The notes beneath the pieces are model-generated. The model was not told where the DNA came from. It made no database searches and worked only from the letters and a program-made list of their open reading frames with translations. 64,000 nucleotides of DNA from Octopus vulgaris. Its lineage: Eukaryota. Below, one piece after another: positions 63,246 to 64,000 of the stretch (position 1 is the stretch's first letter; every line of letters begins with the position of its first letter). The position numbers and the translations under genes were made by a program. The DNA is taken from the NCBI GenBank assembly GCA_951406725.2, contig OX597816.1, forward strand, positions 173,972,001 through 174,036,000, written 5' to 3'.

Positions 63246-64000
63246 AAAAAAGAAAAAAATATAAAGTGATTATCTCCCTTATACCGGAAGAAATCCCTGA
63301 TTACCTCCCCCTGCCTAGAACTCTTCTTTGCACTACATAATGAAGACATGTAGGTAAAGACACTTGAGAAATTTGATAAGTTTACACGAAACCGGTTATT
63401 TCTCCAAAAACTATGTTACTATACACAAAATTTTATAACATTTTTCTAACATAACGACTTAAATAAATTCTTTAACCTTATAAAACAAGTCTTCTGTAGT
63501 TTTTTCACTCTTTTCTATTTTATATATATATATATGTATTAGCTTAGTTTTTTGGGGGGGCTGGACAGATTGGAACAATCTCGAGTATAACCAGCCAAAA
63601 TTGCAAAGATAATCTGGAACTCGACTGAGGAAAGAAAACTTTGATTGACCTGTCCGTGTTTTTGCTTGTCCCTCTTTTGTATTATCTGTCTGGATGTTTT
63701 GCATTCTTGTCCCATTTTTTCTATTCCTTTTTATATACATATGGTGGCATACATAATACTTTGGTCTATTATATCTAAGTACATATATATATATATATCT
63801 AAATTTTGTATGACACTCTTATTCTTTCTTTCTTTCTATCTATCAGCCCCTTCACACTTCGTTCTTTTGACTTTTCTTTCTTTCATTACCCCTCTCTCAC
63901 ATTTCCTTGCTTTCTCTTCATTCTCACCTTCCCTCCTCTTTCACTTCACTAAGCATCTTTTCTTTTTTTTCTCGTCCCTCCCTAATTCTTGTGCCCTTCT

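Overview
Repeat-rich, AT-rich animal genomic DNA. The SINE, LINE and microsatellite content suggests a coleoid cephalopod, probably Octopus (inference). There is one host gene: a CSPG4/NG2 (kon-tiki/perdido) orthologue on the minus strand. It is visible as two very large coding exons, 27719-23127 (2x laminin-G, EGF-like motif, CSPG repeats) and 20884-18168 (CSPG repeats, TM helix, long Ser/Thr-rich tail ending QYWV). Its signal-peptide exon was not located. The rest is layered transposon debris and microsatellite: 12 copies of one tRNA-derived SINE, other SINE families, 10 non-autonomous Helitrons, and RTE, BovB-like, Dong/R4, Tx1/L1-like, CR1 and Penelope retroelement remnants, plus piggyBac, hAT and Tc1 derivatives. 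The most unusual structures are: (i) a tRNA-headed element with a Penelope-type minimal hammerhead ribozyme motif, present as an inverted pair (61.8-62.3 kb); (ii) a TSD-less 575-bp element ending in a perfect 63-bp-arm hairpin (12.1-12.6 kb); (iii) twin-priming-style inverted RTE insertions, one with an 11-bp TSD; (iv) a nested foldback whose arm preserves the empty site of a Helitron. All calls were made by eye; no searches were run, and repeat boundaries are approximate unless TSDs or TIRs are quoted.
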